From an uncultured Ruminococcus sp. (GTDB lineage Bacteria; Bacillota; Clostridia; Oscillospirales; Ruminococcaceae): a stretch of 64,000 nt of DNA. Location: positions 11,571-75,570 of the forward strand of contig CANQWR010000006.1 in the NCBI GenBank assembly GCA_947627625.1, given 5' to 3'. A program made the position numbers and the translations under genes. Under the pieces are notes generated by a model. The model did no database searches. It was given only the letters and a program-made list of their open reading frames with translations, and was not told the origin of the DNA. Of the stretch, positions 60,240-64,000 are shown in pieces. Within the stretch, counting starts at the first letter, position 1. Each line of letters begins with the position of its first letter.

Positions 60240-60962
60240 TCAGAAATTTTCGGTCAGGAACATGAGAATAGAGAGGACTGCAACGGGGGCGGTCTCACAG
60301 CGGAGAATCCTGTTGCCGAGCCATATTCGCTCCGCAGAATTTTCAACGGCAAGGGAGACTTCCCCCGCATCGAATCCCCCCTCACTGCCTATAGCAATGC
60401 CGACCTGTTTCACGCCCGAAAAATCTATATCTCTCAGAGACTTCCCGCCCTGTTCTTCATATAAAATCAGTGAGAGGTCGAGACCCGCCATCATGCCGAC
60501 AGCGGTCTGCCAGTCAACAAGCGGAGCGACTTCGGGGATTATCCCACGTCCCGACTGCATAGAAGCCTGATGTGAAATTTTGTTGTACCTGTCAAGTCTT
60601 TTCTGAAATTCCCCGAAATTTGGTCTTGATACGCAACGTCTCGTGAGTACGGGGACTATTCTGTGAACGCCCAGTTCGACACTTTTCTGAATGATATGCT
60701 CAAATTTTCCCGCTTTTGGGAGAGCCTGAAAGAGAGTGAATTTTATATCGGGTTCGTTGGTGCAGGGCTTTTTCTCGATGAGTGTAAGCCTGACAGTTTC
60801 GGGCGTTATGGAATCTATCTTGCACCTGTAGTCCACACCGCACGAACAGACGGTTATTTCCTCGCCCGTTTTCATGCGGAGTGATTTTCCGATGTGGACG
60901 GCATCGCTGCCCGTCAAAATTATATTATTTTCGTCAATATTTTCGGTAAAAAATCTCGGCAT
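60240..60962 (-). CDS. rsmE: 16S rRNA m3U1498 methyltransferase
   Basis: MPRFF, H-x-x-x-SLRM, QKSVELGV, IGSEGGF, LGNRILRCETA. Confidence 0.96.
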   Translation of the reverse strand: MPRFFTENIDENNIILTGSDAVHIGKSLRMKTGEEITVCSCGVDYRCKIDSITPETVRLTLIEKKPCTNEPDIKFTLFQALPKAGKFEHIIQKSVELGVHRIVPVLTRRCVSRPNFGEFQKRLDRYNKISHQASMQSGRGIIPEVAPLVDWQTAVGMMAGLDLSLILYEEQGGKSLRDIDFSGVKQVGIAIGSEGGFDAGEVSLAVENSAERIWLGNRILRCETAPVAVLSILMFLTENF

Positions 60963-61067
60963 AAGGAACTCCTGTTTAGTTTATTTTAATTTAATTTTGA
61001 TTTAATTCTAACATATAATTCTTAAAATGTCAATCTATAATTTTTTTGGGGGTTAGACTTTGGGTTT

Positions 61068-61383
61068 CGTGCAAATTTTAATTAGAACGATAAGGGGCAG
61101 GGGGCTTCCGCCCCCTGAACCCCTGACCGGGGGTTCCACCCCCGGACCCCCGCTGGGGGGAAGAATCCCCCCAGACCCCCCATGATTATTCCCACAGAGG
61201 AAAAATTAGTGAGCAGGAGAAAATGTTCGGATTTCAAAACTGAAACAGTAGACCATCATGGGGGTCAAGGGGGGTCACACCCCCCTTGTGGGGGTCTGGG
61301 GGCAACGCCCCCAGTGGGGGTTCAGGGGGCAACGCCCCCTGCCTCTAATCGTTCTAACAGGGGTTTGGGGGCGTAGCCCCCAA
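61068..61383. repeat. GC-rich palindromic repeat, copy 17 (two divergent modules)
   Basis: Inverted core at 61068-61200 and forward core at 61255-61383. Confidence 0.85.
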
Positions 61384-61531
61384 TTCAAAAAGTCCGAATA
61401 ATTTAACAATTTTCGCAAATCCATATTGACAAAAAAATTATTCCGTGATATAATATCAAAAGATATATATGTGTCTCAAACGCTTTTTGAGGGGAATTGT
61501 GTTGTATCAAAATAGTAAGGAGTTTTTATTT

Positions 61532-63361
61532 ATGGACGGAAGTTTCTCTATCTTCAACATTCTTAGCATGATGGGCGGACTTGCCTTTTTTCTCTACGGA
61601 ATGAACGTAATGTCCACGGGACTTGAAAAGCTGACGGGCGGAAAGCTTGAAATTGCCCTCAAAAAGATGACTTCGACAAAAATCATGAGTATAATACTGG
61701 GAATGGTGGTGACGATAGCGATACAGTCGTCATCGGCACTGACGGTAATGCTTGTGGGATTTGTAAATTCGGGAATAATGGAGCTGACACAGACTGTAGC
61801 GGTCTGTTTCGGTTCGGACATAGGAACTACTTTTACAGCGTGGATTCTTTGTCTTGGCGACCTCGACACGGGCGGAAGTATATTTCTGAAACTTCTGAAG
61901 CCGGAGTCCTTTTCGCCTATACTTGCACTTGTCGGCGTTATTCTGATAATGTCCGCAAAAAAGAACAAGCACAAGGACATAGGACGTATATTGACGGGTT
62001 TTGCAGTCCTTATGACGGGAATGACACTGATGTCTGATTCAGTTGAACCGCTTGCACAGTCGGAGGAGTTTCGCAGACTTCTGACGGCTTTCAGAAACCC
62101 TGTACTCGGAGTGCTTGTCGGTGCGGGATTTACGGGAATAATACAGAGTTCCGCAGCATCTATAGGTATTCTGCTTGCGTTTTCAAAGACAGGCGGACTG
62201 ACTTACGGAATGGCACTCCCCATAATAATGGGACTTAATATAGGCACTTGCGTTACTGCACTCCTTTCGAGTATAGGAGTGAGCAAGGACGCAAAGAGAG
62301 TAGCCTGTATACACGTCATGATAAAGATAATAGGCGTGCTGATACTGTTGCCCGTGAGCCTTATTTTACAGCACGTTGTGAAACTGCCGATATTGAGCGA
62401 GACTGTCGGCTATGTGGGAATTGCCTCCATGCACACTATATTCAACGTTTTGATAACACTGATGTTCCTGCCGTTCACAAATCAGCTTGTTGCACTCTCA
62501 AAAATTATTGTGCGTGACGGCAAGGGCGGCGAAAAGACGGACGAAAACGCTGACGGAAAATTCGTGATAGCGAGCCTTGACCAGAGATTTTTCAAGACAC
62601 CGAGTGTTGCGGTAGAAGTATGCCGTACAGCCACTATAGAGATGTCCAACATAACAAGAGACGCTATAATTCAGGCTATGGAACTGATCACAAAGGGCTA
62701 TGACGAAAAACTCTCCGAGGACGTAATAGAAAAAGAGGACATTATTGACAGCTATGAGGACCAGATAAACAGCTATCTTGTGAAACTCTCAAAGGCGAGT
62801 GTGACAGGTGCGGACAGCCGAAAAGTTTCAAAGATGATGCACTGTGTGGGAAATTTCGAGAGGATTTCCGACCACGCTGTAAATCTTGTGGAGTCCGCAA
62901 AAGAGATGCAGGAGAAGGGTATAAAATTTTCGGGGGAGTGTATCAGTGAACTTGAGATAATCACTGATGCAATTTTAGAGAATATAGAGAAGTCCTTTGA
63001 CTGCTATATAACAAACGATCTGTCACTTGCACACAGTGTCGAACCGCTTGAAGAGGTGGTGGACAATCTCAGTACGGAACTCAAAAACCGCCACATAGAG
63101 AGACTTAAACACGACGAGTGTACAGTCGAACTGGGCTATATTTTTCAGGATATTCTCACGAATCTTGAGAGAATTTCCGACCACTGTTCAAATATTGCGG
63201 GTATACTCATAGAGACTGACGAAAAAACAAATATTCACACATATTTGCGTGACGTGAAAGAAAATGACGAAGTTTTCAAGAAGCAGTTCACAGGCTACTC
63301 CGAAAACTATTTTTCAAGGCTTGAAAAGATAGAGACTACACACGCAGTTTCGGGAGACTGA
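61532..63361 (+). CDS. Na+/phosphate cotransporter family protein with PhoU domains
   Basis: GGLAFFLYGM, two QSS motifs, GLNIGT, ERISDH repeats. Confidence 0.92.
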   Translation: MDGSFSIFNILSMMGGLAFFLYGMNVMSTGLEKLTGGKLEIALKKMTSTKIMSIILGMVVTIAIQSSSALTVMLVGFVNSGIMELTQTVAVCFGSDIGTTFTAWILCLGDLDTGGSIFLKLLKPESFSPILALVGVILIMSAKKNKHKDIGRILTGFAVLMTGMTLMSDSVEPLAQSEEFRRLLTAFRNPVLGVLVGAGFTGIIQSSAASIGILLAFSKTGGLTYGMALPIIMGLNIGTCVTALLSSIGVSKDAKRVACIHVMIKIIGVLILLPVSLILQHVVKLPILSETVGYVGIASMHTIFNVLITLMFLPFTNQLVALSKIIVRDGKGGEKTDENADGKFVIASLDQRFFKTPSVAVEVCRTATIEMSNITRDAIIQAMELITKGYDEKLSEDVIEKEDIIDSYEDQINSYLVKLSKASVTGADSRKVSKMMHCVGNFERISDHAVNLVESAKEMQEKGIKFSGECISELEIITDAILENIEKSFDCYITNDLSLAHSVEPLEEVVDNLSTELKNRHIERLKHDECTVELGYIFQDILTNLERISDHCSNIAGILIETDEKTNIHTYLRDVKENDEVFKKQFTGYSENYFSRLEKIETTHAVSGD

Positions 63362-63379
63362 GTACGGAGGGACAGACTT

Positions 63380-64000
63380 ATGGCGGAACTTTTTGGAGAT
63401 ATAACTTTCATGAAAGGCGTGGGGAGTGCAAGGGCGGAGAAGTACGCAAAAATGGGTATAAAACAGCCCTATGAGCTTCTCATGCACATTCCGAGAGACT
63501 ATTTTGATTTCACTTCCTGTGTAAAAATCGCCGATGCGAGACCCGATGAGCGGAATTTTTTGAGACTTAAAGTCCTTGAAAAGCACAATCCTTTTGTGAC
63601 CTCAACAAGCCTTGTGATATACAAAGTAGTCGTCACGGACGGGGAGGACATTGCAACTGTAGTTTTTTTCAATGCTGTCTACAGTTACAGAATGCTTGTT
63701 GTCGGCAAGGAGTACTATTTTGTGGGAAAAGTCACGCCGTCTATGAACGGTCCGGAGATAAAGTCGCCCGTTTTCGTAAACGTGAACGAGAACGCCATAC
63801 AGCCCGTTTACAGGCTTACAAAGGGTATCACCGTGGAGACCATGAGAAACAACGTCAGACAGGCTTTGACGCTCCTCCCGCAGCAAAATATAGAGAGTCT
63901 GACGGAGCAGGTCAGGGAGAAGTACGAACTTGCACCGCTTGCGTGGTCTTTGCAGAATATACACTTCCCCGAGAGTATGTCCGCACAGAGGGAGGCACAG
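63380..64000 (+). CDS. recG: ATP-dependent DNA helicase RecG (N-terminal part, truncated by the window)
   Basis: MAELFGDITFMKGVGSARAEKYAKMGI...LLMHIPRDY...VFFN...IQPVYRLTKG...IHFP. Confidence 0.9.
   Translation, partial: MAELFGDITFMKGVGSARAEKYAKMGIKQPYELLMHIPRDYFDFTSCVKIADARPDERNFLRLKVLEKHNPFVTSTSLVIYKVVVTDGEDIATVVFFNAVYSYRMLVVGKEYYFVGKVTPSMNGPEIKSPVFVNVNENAIQPVYRLTKGITVETMRNNVRQALTLLPQQNIESLTEQVREKYELAPLAWSLQNIHFPESMSAQREAQ

Overview
This window looks like the chromosome of a cellulosome-producing Ruminococcus-like bacterium (Oscillospiraceae; inferred from dockerin-bearing GH9, GH74 and LRR proteins). It carries housekeeping genes (thrS with a T-box, luxS, carB, rnhA, nifS/nifU, asnB, spoVS, ymdB, glmM, fakA, typA, rsmE, partial recG), three tRNAs and a cluster of dockerin-bearing surface proteins. 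About 17 intergenic copies of a modular GC-rich palindromic repeat are also present. The best candidate for a new system is at 22.67-25.75 kb. A promoter precedes a non-coding array of seven RNA-like units, each a 7-bp closing stem + 2 nt + invariant ACAGCAA + variable loop + complementary stem + G. The stems differ between units but stay paired, and one unit carries a tRNA-Lys-like anticodon stem-loop. The array lies upstream of a DUF2828-type (TROVE/Ro60-like, vWA MIDAS) gene. Other notable observations: poly-T tracts in the promoter spacers of four LRR-dockerin paralogs (likely phase variation), displaced alternative 3' gene ends behind an M23 peptidase gene and rsmE, three small ORFs between the Thr T-box and thrS, and a PASTA-domain pseudokinase. 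All calls were made by eye from sequence motifs, without database searches. Repeat boundaries are approximate.
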